Positions 39,443-51,000 of a stretch of DNA of 64,000 nucleotides are shown here, piece by piece. Origin of the DNA: Glaucostegus cemiculus (lineage: Eukaryota); contig CDPCPM010000061.1 in NCBI GenBank assembly GCA_976551045.1, positions 4,216,001-4,280,000 on the forward strand, written 5' to 3'. The notes under the pieces are model-generated. The model saw nothing but the letters and a program-made list of their open reading frames with translations, searched no databases and was not told the DNA's origin. Position 1 is the stretch's first letter. Each line of letters opens with the position of its first letter. The translations under genes were made by a program, and so were the position numbers.

Positions 39443-40085
39443 GAATCATAGAAACGTGACCCTCTTGGCCTACCTCGACCATGCCTATCCACGCTAATCC
39501 CATTTCCCTGCATTAGGCCTGTATCCCTCTACACTTTTCCACCAAAGAACCCGTCCAAGTTCCTTTTTAAGCAATGTAATTGGAGCTGCCTCCACTACCT
39601 CCCCTGGCAGCTCGTTCCACACAAACACCACCCTCTGTGTGAAACATTTACCCCTTGGGTCTCCTTTTATGTTTCTCCCCCCTCACCTTAAACCTGTGCC
39701 CTCTGATCCTAGATTCCCCTGTCCTGGGAAAAAAGATTCTGACTGTCTTTCCTAAAAATGCTCCTTACATGACCTCTGTAAGTTCACCCCACAGCCTTTT
39801 AAATTCCAGTGGGAATAACCCAACCTAATCAATCTATTCTGCAGTCTGTTGTTGCTTTCCCCTTGTACTACCTCGATGTACTGATGTGATGAAATGATCT
39901 GTATGGATGGCATGCAAAACAAAGTCTTTCACTGTACCTCAGTACATGTGACAATACTAAACCAATTACCAATTAACTACAGCCCTCCATTCCAGGCAAC
40001 ATCCTGGAGAATCTCTTCTGCACTCTCTCTATTGTGACCAATGCAGTCTTCACAGGCTTCCTGTAGTGCAGTCTAAACAATGCTT
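39443..40085 (-). mobile_element. CR1 3' fragment containing a + strand Rex1-like 3' tail (~39850-39975)
   Basis: Colinear with other minus-strand CR1 copies. Insert ends gtacatgtgacaatactaaa(ccaatta)n. Confidence 0.7.
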
Positions 40086-41157
40086 TGTACCTGCTATTGC
40101 TACAAGTCTGCAGATGAATATTTGGAAGTGGGATTAGTCTCAACGTCACTATCCAGCTAAGATGGGTCCAAGTGCCACGTATTATGCTTCAGATTGTTAT
40201 GATTCTATTTCGAGCCGTGTTATTCTCCCCCTATTCCCCCATCATCTTCCTTATCTAAAACTCCAAATGCATTCACTTCCATTGCCAACTGTCTCCCAGA
40301 AGCAACTGCATATTAAAACTCTAATCTTTTCGTGCAAAGTATATGTTTCTGTTGGGTGTTATCTCTTGTTTTAGTGTTGCATGGATTTTTGAATGAAAGT
40401 TAAGAAAATTGTGGTGAGAAGATTTGCTAATTGATCAATTTCAGCTTAGGTTTATAGAAATTCTGATCCAATTGCCACTCAGTGCCAAGAGCACATTGCA
40501 TTTCTTGGCAAAGAGGCTGTGTGTTCAACAACATGATCATAATTTGTATAACAATCAGAAACTCTGCTCAGGCTTGGGATTTTTGCCATGCTTTCAAATC
40601 TCAAACGAAAAAGGCACAATTTGTAAGCTTCCAAGTTGTTCCCTTTTTTGCTTTAAGTAAAGGCCAGAAATTGGTTTTGCAAACACAAAGATATATACAT
40701 CTAACAATTGCTGCTGTGGTAGTTAGTCAGGTAAAAGATTGGCTCCATTTTCCTAGAAGATGTCGTGTTAAATGTACAGTACTATAATCAGGCTGCACCT
40801 TGAGTATTGTGTCCATTGTTGGTCACCAACACATAGGGGCAACATCCAAACTCTGCAGGGAATGCATGGAAAACTTGCAAGACTAATTCTCAGTCTCAGT
40901 AGTTTCAGATACAAGGAAACACCTAAGAAACCTAGACTATTTACCCCGAAAGCTGGCAACTGAAATGTTCATACAAGATGAAAAACCGCAGAGCGGGTGA
41001 AATCCAGAACAAAGACAAAGTGCTGGAAGAATGACAGCGTTCTTAACTGTGGAGAGAGAAAGAGAGTCAACATTTCCGGTCAAGAATCCCTCACCGACCC
41101 AATGTGAGCTCAAGGAGCAGCAGCTCATCTTTCATCTTCCATCCAGCCCTTGGGACT

Positions 41158-41598
41158 CAGAATCAGAATCAGATTTATTATCACTGACTTATATGACCTG
41201 AAGTTTGTTGTTTTGCAGCAGCAGTACAGTGCAAAGACATTATTTTTTTATAAATTACAAAATAAGTAAATAGTACTAAAGAAGGAATAACGAGGTAGTG
41301 TCCATGGGTTCAGGGACTGTTCCGAAATCTGACGGCGGAGGGGAAGAAGCTGTTTCTGAATCATTGAGTGTGGGTCTTCAGGCTCCTGTACCTCCTCCCC
41401 GATGGTAGTAACGAGAAGAGGGCATATCCCAGATGGTGAGGGTCCTTAGTGATGGATGCTGCCTTCTTTGGGTACCGCCTCGTGAAGATGTCCTCATTGA
41501 CGGGGAGGGTTGTGCTTGTGATGGAGCTGGCTGAGTCTACAACCCTCTGCAGATTACTGCAATCCTGTGCATCGGAGCCTCCATACCAGGCTGTGATG
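41158..41598 (-). mobile_element. Rex1-like LINE 3' fragment, same family as 29940-30320
   Basis: High nucleotide similarity to 29940-30320, with tcagaatcagaatcag tail. Confidence 0.85.
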
Positions 41599-42881
41599 TG
41601 AGTTCAACAATTTCACACAGCTAGCCTCCTCTTTTTCTGCTAAACATTTGAGTTTCACTCTGGCCCTTTGTTTCTTTCCTCCTCTATCTCTAAATGCCAG
41701 TATTTAAATTGTTCACGTGATAACCTTAGTCTGCAGAGAGCATACTAAAGAGACTCCAGGTGCTGGAACCTGGAACAAAATCCAGAACACTGGAAGAACT
41801 CAGTGGGTCAAGCAGCATCTGTGGAGGCAAAAGGTGTATGTTGACATTTTGGGTTGAGACCCTGCATCAGGACTTTGGTCTGCACCTTGTTACCTCTGTT
41901 CCCTCCACCCCTCCACCTTCCCAGCACTTAAGACATACTTACTCACTTTTCCAGTTCCATTGAAAAAGATATTGACCTGAAATATTCACTCTGTTTCTCT
42001 CTCCACAGATGCTGCCTGACCTAATGAGTGCTGACAGCAGTATGTTTTTGGCCCAAGATGAAAACCAGAACTGTATTGCATATTAAAATCTGAACTGTTT
42101 CTAACCTAATGTAATAGCCCAGGACATAAGGAGTGAATGTTGAGCACGTTTGTGAGGAAGCAGATGGAGATGACTGAAAACTGGATTGAAATAATGGGTT
42201 TAAACTTGAGGTTCAGTGAAATAAGTCTAAAAGATTGGGATCAAAGTGAGTGAAAGCTCAGCCATTGATGGTGGAGAGGGAGGAGAAATGATTAGAAGTC
42301 GAGAGAAATGGGGCCTTTGATGGAGAGAGATGCTAGGACTGAAAGTGTAGGGAGATGCCAAACTATGGAGGGCATTTCAATGACAATATGTGAGGAGAAG
42401 CTCAGGAAGGATGTGGTGAATGGATGAGCAAAACTTGGGGCAACATAACCAGAATTTTGGGCACATTGTGTTTCCTTCTCCTTGGGATCAAGGATGACTT
42501 GCTTGTGTCCCAGCTCCGAGATGGCTGACAAGGCAAATGTGGGATATGCAGAGCCTCTGCTACACATGAGACAGCAGATGCCTGACAGATTGGGCAGGTA
42601 GTTCTGTGTTCCTGCCACAGTTTAAGATGGGTGTTGTGGGCTGCACGTATTGTAGCTTGTGATGAAAGGATGGGGAATCGTTAAGATGGGGGGTTAGAAC
42701 AATTGAGAATGGAGGTAACAGATTCCTGTTCCTGGGTTTAAGTTGTAGATGGGTCGCAACAGGGAATGAAGATTGTGAAATTAAATAATTCTGGCAATGT
42801 GCAGAATGAGAAGTTTAAATATAACTCGTGGTTAAACAGATTGTGAATAGTATGGTTCATCCAAAGAGCTAGCTTTCATTA

Positions 42882-43150
42882 GATAAGATAAGGTATCTTT
42901 ATTAGTCACACAGTGAAACGCATCTTCTGCATAAAGTGTTCTGGGGACAGCCCGCAAGTGTTGCCACGCTTCCAGTGCCAACATAGCATGCCCACAACTT
43001 CCTAGCCCGTACGTCTTTGGAATGTGGGAAGAAACTGGAGCACCCGGAGGAAACCCACGCAGACACGGGGAGAACGTACAAACTCCTCACAGACAGTGGC
43101 TGGAATTGAACCTGGGTCACTGGCGCTGTAATAGTGTCACGCCAACCGCA
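42882..43150 (-). mobile_element. tRNA-derived V-SINE (young family)
   Basis: Same V-domain and body; (atctt)n tail seen as gataagataag. Confidence 0.88.
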
Positions 43151-43866
43151 GGGACCTGTAGGTTTCTCTGGAGCAAAATAAGCCAAAATCCTGAAGGAAC
43201 TCAACAGGTCAGGCAGCATCTGTGGAGGGAAATGAACATTTTGGGTCAAGACCCTCCAGCATTTTTGGTTTTTTTTGCTCCAGATCCCAGCATCTGCAGT
43301 TTCTTGTGTCTCCTGTAATTTTCTCTGTATTGGTTTGTTAAGGTGGTATCAACATTCTTAATTCCCTCTGGCTCAGCATTTTGCAAAATAAACCCACAGC
43401 GGAAAGCTAATCTACTTGCATCCAATACTGCAGCACTGTCCTTAGTTAGAGGCTTGAAGTTCTCTGTCAAAGTGTGCAAACCTGAAGAATGATTTGTATT
43501 TATTACAATGCCTGTCAAAACCTCAGGACAGCCCAATGTGACTTACAGTCAACTAAACACTTCTGAGGTGCATTCGCTGTTGTTGATGTAGGAAATTCAG
43601 CAGTCAAAATATGGACAGCAACTCCCGCAAACAGCAAGACAATAATGACCAGGTCATCCTTTTATTTGAAGTGCTCTTTATGGAGGGATTAATATTGACC
43701 AGGACACCTGGGAGGACTCCCCTGCTGTTCTTTGGCAATGGGATCTTTTACAAATACCCAATGGGACAAATGGAGCCTCAGTTTAATCTCATCAGAAAGG
43801 GTGACACCTCCAGCAGCACATGACTTCCTTGGTGCAGGAAGTGAAAAGAGATCAAGAAAATAATTA

Positions 43867-44524
43867 CAGAGGCACAAGAGATTCTGCAGATGCAAAATGC
43901 TGGAGGAACTCAGCAGGTCAGGCAGCATCTATGGAGGGAATTAAACAGTTGATGTTTCGGGCCGAGACCCTTCATCAGGACTGGAAAGGAAGAGGGCAGA
44001 AACCGGAATGAGAAGGTTGGGGGAGGGGGAGGAGCACAGGCTGGCAGGTGACAGGTGAGTCCAGGTGAGAGGGGGAGGAGGGTGGGTGGGTAGGGGAGGG
44101 GGGGATGAAAGGGACTGACGTAAGAAGCTGAGAGGTGATAGGTAGAAGAGGCAATGGGCTGAAGGAGGAGGAATCCGGTAGGAGAGGGCAGTGGACCATG
44201 GGATAAAGGGAAGGAGGTGGGGAATAGACGGGCAGGTCATGAGGGCAGAGGAGGGGAAAGAAAAGGGGTGAGGGGGCCACAGTAATGAGGGAAAACAAAA
44301 GGGTGGGGAGAAAAAACTGGGGGGGAGGAGGGGAATGGTTTCTGGAAGTTAGAGAAATCGATGTTGATGCCATCAGGTCGGACACTCCCAAGATGGAATA
44401 TGAGGTGTGGCTCTGCCGACCTGCGTCCGGCCTCAGCGCGGCAGTATAGGAGGCCGTGGATAGACTTGTCAGTATGGGAGTGGGATGTGGAATTGAAGAT
44501 CTGGCCACCGGGAGATCCTGGCAA
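43867..44524 (-). mobile_element. Penelope-like element 3' fragment: GIY-YIG endonuclease C-terminus, pyrimidine-rich UTR and terminal repeat with hammerhead motif
   Basis: ORF 44237-44524 gives FNSTSHSHTD.SIHGLLYC..EA.RR..E.HLIFHLGS..PDGINIDFSNF, the typical end of a Penelope EN. It is followed by the terminal repeat gatgctgcctgacctgctgagttcctccagca found many times in the window. Confidence 0.85.
43945..43984 (-). ncRNA. Minimal type-I hammerhead ribozyme motif in a Penelope terminal repeat
   Basis: - strand reads CCAGUC-CUGAUGA-A-GGGUCUCGGCCC-GAAAC-AUC-AACUGU: both core boxes, stem II GGG/CCC, stem I CAGU/ACUG, NUH triplet AUC. Confidence 0.7.
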
Positions 44525-46463
44525 ATATAATTAAATTGCTGTGACCTTTTAACTGCTTGTCTTGCCCTGAACACATTAAACAGAGGAATTCAGCAGGTCA
44601 GGCCACATCTGTGGAAGGAAAGGAATTGTCAACATTTCAGGTTGAAACCCTGCATCAGGATCTGACCCGCTGAGTTCCTCCAACAGATTACTTGTTACTC
44701 CAGATTCCAACATCTGCAGTCTCTTGTGTCTCCAGTCCAGGTAAAGGGTCCCGATCTGAAATGTCGACTGTCCACTTCCCTCCACAGATGCTGCCTGACC
44801 CACTGAGTTCCTCCAGCAGCTCGTTTCTCACTCCAGATTCTCTGTGTCTCTGTGTCTTCACATGTGTTATCCTGTATTACACAGACATCTCCCGCACCCT
44901 GTCAAAGTGACCATGCTTTTTCTGACTGAGCAGGTCAGCGTGCTCTTTGACTGTGGAAAGCAACGCAGCTGAGCCCTAGTCTCCCTTAGCTCCAGGCCCA
45001 AAAATATATCATTTTACTGCAGCCCACAAATCAGATGCAGGAAGCAGGCTCATTTTTTGTTAGGAAATCTTCGAGCTTTTCCTATCTTTAAATCACAGAA
45101 CCCTGCAGAAGGCCAACTCCCTCCTACACAACTTGACAACCACCAGATTTTCGACTCTGAGCATTCCTCAGAGAAAGTCCCCAGTCAATAGTGTGTACGT
45201 GATCAGCTTTTCACTTTAAAGAATTCAAAGAAGAATGGTTACAGCAATTCCACAAGGAATAGGTTTGGATGAAAGCCCTGAGCCTTATTATTGCCGTAGA
45301 AGAGAGACTTACTGACAACCTTTATAACAATGAACAGTTAATGTGAATTAAAGACAAGGAAGTTGTTCAGCCTGAGAACAAAAATTGACAATGCAGCCAC
45401 GCAAATCACCACCCTTGGGCAGTGCTGAGATTCAAATACTTTTTCCCAAACAATGCAGCAAATTCCCAGGAATAGTAGTTACTGATGGAACACGACTGCA
45501 ATTTAAAAAAAATCTATTGAGGAACAGAGTTGACAGCAATGGAAATATTAAAAGCAAAAAACAACTGCTGCAGGAACCCAGTGGGTTGAGCAGCATCTGT
45601 TGGGGGAAGGAATTGTTGATGTTTCAGGTCGAGACCCTCCATCAGATCTTCAAGAGTTTTGCCTCTGAGATATTAATAGATCTATTTTGCTCACCAGGGG
45701 TTTAGCAAAGTGTGTTTAGTTAGATGGTGAAGGAAGAGATTTTTGAGATGGTCATATGACAACTTACATTTATACAGTGTCCTAAAACTTGTTAAGACAC
45801 CCCCAGGTGTATCAAGGGAATGATTTTCAAACAAAATTTACCACCAAGCCACAAGTGATATTAGATCAGGTGGCTTGATCGAAAAGGTAAGCTGTAAGGA
45901 GCATCTTACAAGAGGAGAGAGAGGTAAAGAGAGAGAAGTGTAGGGAAGGAATCCCAGGGGTTAGAGGTTGGGTGGTTTATGCAAGGACTAAAGGGGAAAT
46001 GATTGAAACTGGGATTGTACAAGTTGCCTGAATTGGATGAGGACGAAGATATTGTGGTTGGGAAGGAAGGAGGTTCCGGAGATGGTCTCTGACGAAGGAC
46101 TGCAGGGATTTGGAAATAGGTGAGAAATTTAAAATCAAGTCATTAGCTGATCAGGAGCCAGTGCCGGTCAGCAGGGACAAGGAGGAGAAGGGTGAGTTAG
46201 GTCACTGGCATCAGATTTCAGGATGAACTCCAGTTCTGCAGGTTTCAAGGTGAGAAACCAACCAGGTATTGGAATAGTCAATGGATGGTCTGTGGGAGGA
46301 AAAGGCTTGATGGGCCAAATGGTTTTGCACCAATTTATGCTTTCATGTCCATCTGTAGTTACCTCAGTCCATCAATGGAACAACTGCAATGTTCTACAAA
46401 TAATTTCCATCCAATATCAACAGGGCATTTATACAATGTTCAAATTAATTACTTAAATCCTTG

Positions 46464-46765
46464 CATGGTAGCGTAGAGGTAGCGCTATTACAGCGCCAGT
46501 GAACTGGGTTCAATTCCACCCACTGTCTGTAAGGAGTTTGTACATTCTGCCCGTGTCTGCGTGGGTTTCCTCCGGGTGCTCCGGTTTCCTCCCACATTCC
46601 AAAGCTGTACAGGTTAGAAAGTTGTGGGCAATGCTATGTTGGCGCCAGAAACGTGGCGACACTTGCGGGCTGCCCCCAGTGTTGCCCAACACTTGATACA
46701 AAATGTGCATTTCACTGTGTGTTTCAATGTACATGTGACCAATAAAGATATATCATATCATATCT
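46464..46765 (+). mobile_element. tRNA-derived V-SINE (young family)
   Basis: Head gcatggtagcgtag...gggttcaattcc, V-domain, tail gtacatgtgaccaataaagat. Confidence 0.88.
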
Positions 46766-46875
46766 TTCATATCATTATAATTGTTTATAACATGTCAGAT
46801 TTTTAACTCTTGTTTTGTCATTCCTACGTAATTATACCTTGAATTAATCAACTGTAAAATCTGAAGTGCAACATG

Positions 46876-47150
46876 TACCTGAAAGCACGTACCACCAGGC
46901 TCAAGGACAGCTTCTGTCCCACTGTTATAAGACTATTGAATGGTTCCCTGGTACAATAAGATGGACTCTTGACCTCACAATCTACCTTATTATGAACTTT
47001 CACCTTACTGTCTACCTGCTCTGAACTTTCTCTGTAGCTGTGACACTTCACTCTGCATTCTGTACTGTTTTTCCCTGTACTGCCTCAGTGCACTGTGTAA
47101 TGAGTTGATCTGTATGAACGGTATGCAAGACAAGGTTTTCACTTTCACTA
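46876..47150 (+). mobile_element. Rex1-like LINE 3' fragment (third family)
   Basis: gcacgtaccaccaggctcaaggacagcttc (ARTTRLKDSF) plus a 3' UTR shared with 63657-64000. Confidence 0.75.
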
Positions 47151-47989
47151 CAGCTTCCTTGCCTGTGATACCTGCTGTTCACCTCTACCTGCTATAGTAA
47201 CACAGAGCAAAGGGTTGACTCAGATCCATTCAACACGTTGGCGTACCTCAAAGTTGTGGATATTTTCCTTCTGTTAATTATCTTGTAAACATTGAAGAAA
47301 TACTTTATTTTCTGTGTTGGGCTTTTCCAGTGATTATTTGCCCACTGATAGATCAATTGTTCTAGCATCTTGTCTTGAGCCAGATGGGAACTGTTTTGAA
47401 CGACCTCATTTTACGGCTATAGCTTATACAATGGACAGCTTCAAAACTGGGTAAGTTTCAAAGTAAAGAGTCAATCCTTGGCTCTACCAATGGTAGGAGA
47501 GCTAAACAACAAAGCATTAAAGAAAAATCTGCATTTGTATAACACCTTTCATGACCTCAGACAGTAAAGTCACACAATGCAATCGTCCTCATCATTGCAA
47601 CATGGGAAATATTGTTGTCAATTTGTGCACAGCAAGCTTCCACAAACAGCAATGAAATATTAAACAGATTCTGGCACAGCTAACTTCAGATTATAGCTAA
47701 CTGAGAGTAAGATCTGTGGCTTTCAGAACTTATGTCTTTCTAAAGTGCTTCACAGCCAATTTCTAGTGCAGTTACTTTTGCAATATAAGAAAATTAAACA
47801 TTTTATTTTCAAACCTACTTAATCCAATTAGACCCGGTGACATGAAAGAACCAGGCCTGATTATGCATAACCTTAACGTTGCTTCTAGATAATATATTGT
47901 GCAGTCTAATTGTGCACACAGTCCTCCACAGCAGAATGGGTAATATTTAAATATAGAATGTGAAGCAAATGTTTCTCATTACTGATCAA

Positions 47990-48640
47990 TGTCAAAGTCA
48001 AAGTCGAGTTTATTGTCATATCCACAAGTACATGTGTGCACAGGTGCAATGAAACACTTGCAGCAGCATCACAGGCACATAGAATTAGAGATACACCATT
48101 CAGAAGAAAAACATAGATTAAACATAAATTATACAAAATTATACAAGAAAGAGTACAATTAGAGTAAAGAAAAAGTCCATTGTAGTGCAAAGTGGTCATA
48201 GTGTTGCTATACCAAGGTAGTGATTAGGGTTGGTATTGGTATTGGTCACTTGTACCGAGGTACAGTGAAAAACTTGTCTTGCATTGAGTTAGTACAGAGT
48301 GCACTGAGGTAGTACAGGTAAAAACAATATCAGTACAGAATAAAGTGCCACAGCTACAGAGAAAGTGCAGTGCAATAAGGTGCAAGGTTGTGCAGATTGC
48401 TTCAAGAACCAAATGGTTGAAGGGAAGTAACTATTCTTGAACCTGGTGGTGTGAGACTTCAGACTTCTGTAACTCCTGCTGGGTGGTAGCTGCGAGAAGA
48501 TGGCAATGGCCTGGATGGTGGGGATCTTTGATGATGGACGTTGTCTTCTTGAGGCAGCACCTCCTGTAGCTACTTCTGATGGTGGGGAGGGATGTGCCCG
48601 TGATGTATTGGGCTGAGTCCACTACACTCTGAAGCTTGTA
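47990..48640 (-). mobile_element. Adjacent/nested Rex1-like 3' fragments
   Basis: KLQSVVDSAQYITGTSLPTI...RRCCLKKTTSIIKDPHHPGH in ORF 48431-48949. Short tandem tails (tcaaag)n near 47992 and (ttggta)n near 48230. Confidence 0.7.
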
Positions 48641-48823
48641 CGTACCGCTTGTAAAATATTTTAGGTTTTTGACCCAAATCGTCAGTAATTCCTTGCCCCC
48701 CCACAGATGCTGCTCGACCTGCTGAGTTCCTCCAGCAGGTTGTCTATTGCTCCAGATTACAGCATTTGCAACTTCTTGTGTCTCAGCTCCTGCTATTTTG
48801 CCTCCAGATGAAACAATATAAGC

Positions 48824-49115
48824 TAAGATATCTTTATTAGTCACATGTACATCGAAACACACAGTGAAATGCATCCCTTGCGTAGAGTGTTCTGGGGGCA
48901 GCCCGCAAGTGTCGCCATGTTTCGGGCGCCAGCATAGCATGCCCATCACTTCTTAACCTGTACGTCTTTGGAATGTGGGAAGAAACTGGAGCACCCGGAG
49001 GAAACCCACGCAGACACGGGGAGAATGTACAAACTCCTTACAGACAGTGGCCTGAATTGAACCTGGGTCTCTGGTGCTGTAATAGCGTTACACTATAACC
49101 GCTGCACTACCGTGT
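48824..49115 (-). mobile_element. tRNA-derived V-SINE (young family)
   Basis: Full-length match to the other four copies. Confidence 0.88.
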
Positions 49116-49540
49116 CTGGCCAATGTTCAGCTGAAGTGCAGCAGAGGATGGTTAATGAGGGTGAAAGTGATTGAGCCCAGTCTTCCAGTTTTTATCTTTC
49201 TGGGCTGGTGAGAAAAAATGAGTCTCTCTCCAGTTGGCTCTATTCAGTCAAGCAACATACCGACACAATGACCAACTATTCAGCTCTGCTATATTTTTAC
49301 ATATTCCTGACAGCGGGAGTATTTCAATAGTGACACAAGTAGGTTCTTACAGACATATTCTAAGAATTACTCACCATTCAGAGGGCTAATTCACAATCAA
49401 CACTACATGACATTCCAAATATAAAGCAGCATCACAACATTTACAATATAATTACAATATTTTAATGTTACGTGGATATTCTTGGAGAATTTTGCCCAGA
49501 AATTTGCACCTCTGTTTTTTCCTCTAGGTTTGTTTTAGAT

Positions 49541-49806
49541 GCTAATTCCTGCTGGAATGGAATTGCATAGGTGCTGATTCGTGCTGGTATGCAATGGCAC
49601 AGATGCTGACTTGTATTGAAGTTGAGTTATCTGGATGCTGATTCATGCTGTGGTAAGTTTCATGAGTATTGACTCAAGCTGCTGTACAGCTGAAAGATTC
49701 TGATGTTGAAGTGGTTACATAGTGCTGACTCATGCTGGAGCAGTTATATAGTTGCAAATTCATCCTGGAGTATAATGGTATTGCTCCTGACTCATACTGG
49801 GATGCA

Positions 49807-49808
<2 letters not shown>
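49541..49808 (+). repeat. Decayed ~32-bp tandem array (about 9 units) with core (T)GCTGACTCATGCTG
   Basis: Unit starts at 49541, 49573, 49605, 49637, 49668, 49699, 49724, 49754, 49786. Confidence 0.7.
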
Positions 49809-49861
<53 letters not shown>

Positions 49862-50163
49862 AAGTATGTCTGTATATCCACATGAGTATGTACATGAGTG
49901 TGTATTTCTGAGAGTCTGTGATTTAATCACCTATCTATGACTAAATATGTGTGTGTGTGTGTGTGCAGGTGTGTTTGAGCATATGTGACTGTGTACATGC
50001 ATGTATAAATGAGTGTGTATGTACTTGAGTGTATATGTGTTGGTTTACAGTATACCTATCTATGTGTCTGAGTATAAATCCATGTATGTAAATGGCGCAC
50101 ATACATGTACTGTATGTAAGTGAATGTATATGCAAAATATGCATAACTATTTTTCTGAGTAAA

Positions 50164-50213
<50 letters not shown>

Positions 50214-50420
50214 TTTATAGGGGTATCTGAGTTGTGTAATTGTAATAATTGTGCGTGTATGTACACACATGTACACACATGTACACACATGTACACACAT
50301 GTACACACATGTACTTGTGATGAATACGTGTGAATGTGTGTGTATATTCTAGATTTCTGGGTGTGTCTCGGAGTTTATGTCTGAGGACGTGGATACAGTA
50401 TCTGTCTGTATGTGTGTGTG
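49809..50420. repeat. Compound alternating purine-pyrimidine tract: (TG)25 at 49809-49858, (GT)22 at 50167-50210, (GTACACACAT)5 at 50261-50310
   Basis: Read directly from the sequence. Confidence 0.95.
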
Positions 50421-50429
50421 TAAAGTGAG

Positions 50430-50900
50430 TTGGCGATGTGCTGGGTTTGTGGCGCAGACTCACACCGGCTCAGATTAAGGAGGAGGGAAGAGGGGGGGGG
50501 TTGTGATTGGAAATATAATCAGCTCTCATTTCACAGCAGCCAACCTGCGGAATAAGTCGCATCAGCGCGGCCTCGGAGAATGTTGCAGCCGCTGAACCCG
50601 CTGCTGATGGCGCTGCTCCTGGCGGCGGCGGCGGCCGGGGAGGGTGCGGACACGGCTGGGAAGAACGGGAATGCTCTGGAGGATGAGCAATGGCTGGCCA
50701 GGGTCTCCCCGTTCAGCCAGCACATCAGGAATTGGAACCGATTCAGAGACGTGAGTTTCCGCTGCAGAATTGTTCCAATTGTAAAATATCGCAGAGCGGA
50801 AAAAAACATTGAGGGGGGGGGGTTTATTATCATCAGATAATAAATGAGGGGGGCGAGGGGTGATGGTGATGTGGGGGCTCAGCGGGGATGCAGCGGTGTG
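50430..50900 (+). promoter_or_regulatory. CpG-rich promoter/first-exon region of SPOCK2 with reverse CCAAT (ATTGG 50506-50510) and TATA-like TATAA (50514-50518)
   Basis: Local high GC and retained CpGs against a CpG-depleted background. Motifs are 60-75 nt upstream of the ATG. TSS unknown. Confidence 0.55.
50580..50750 (+). CDS. SPOCK2: Testican (SPOCK2) first coding exon: signal peptide plus EDEQWL...WNRFRD; 57 codons, phase 0
   Basis: ATG at 50580, hydrophobic leader LLMALLLAAAAA, testican N-terminal motif EDEQWL..S.....I..WNRFRD, gtgagt donor at 50751. Paralogue assigned from the known ASCC1-SPOCK2 adjacency. Confidence 0.9.
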
Positions 50901-51000
50901 TAATTCACCTGTCCTTACCGTGAAGAGCTCGCCCACTGCACCACGTCTTAGCCAGGGAGTCTGACCGGCTGGGGGGTGGGTAGATGGAGGGGGGGGTCAT

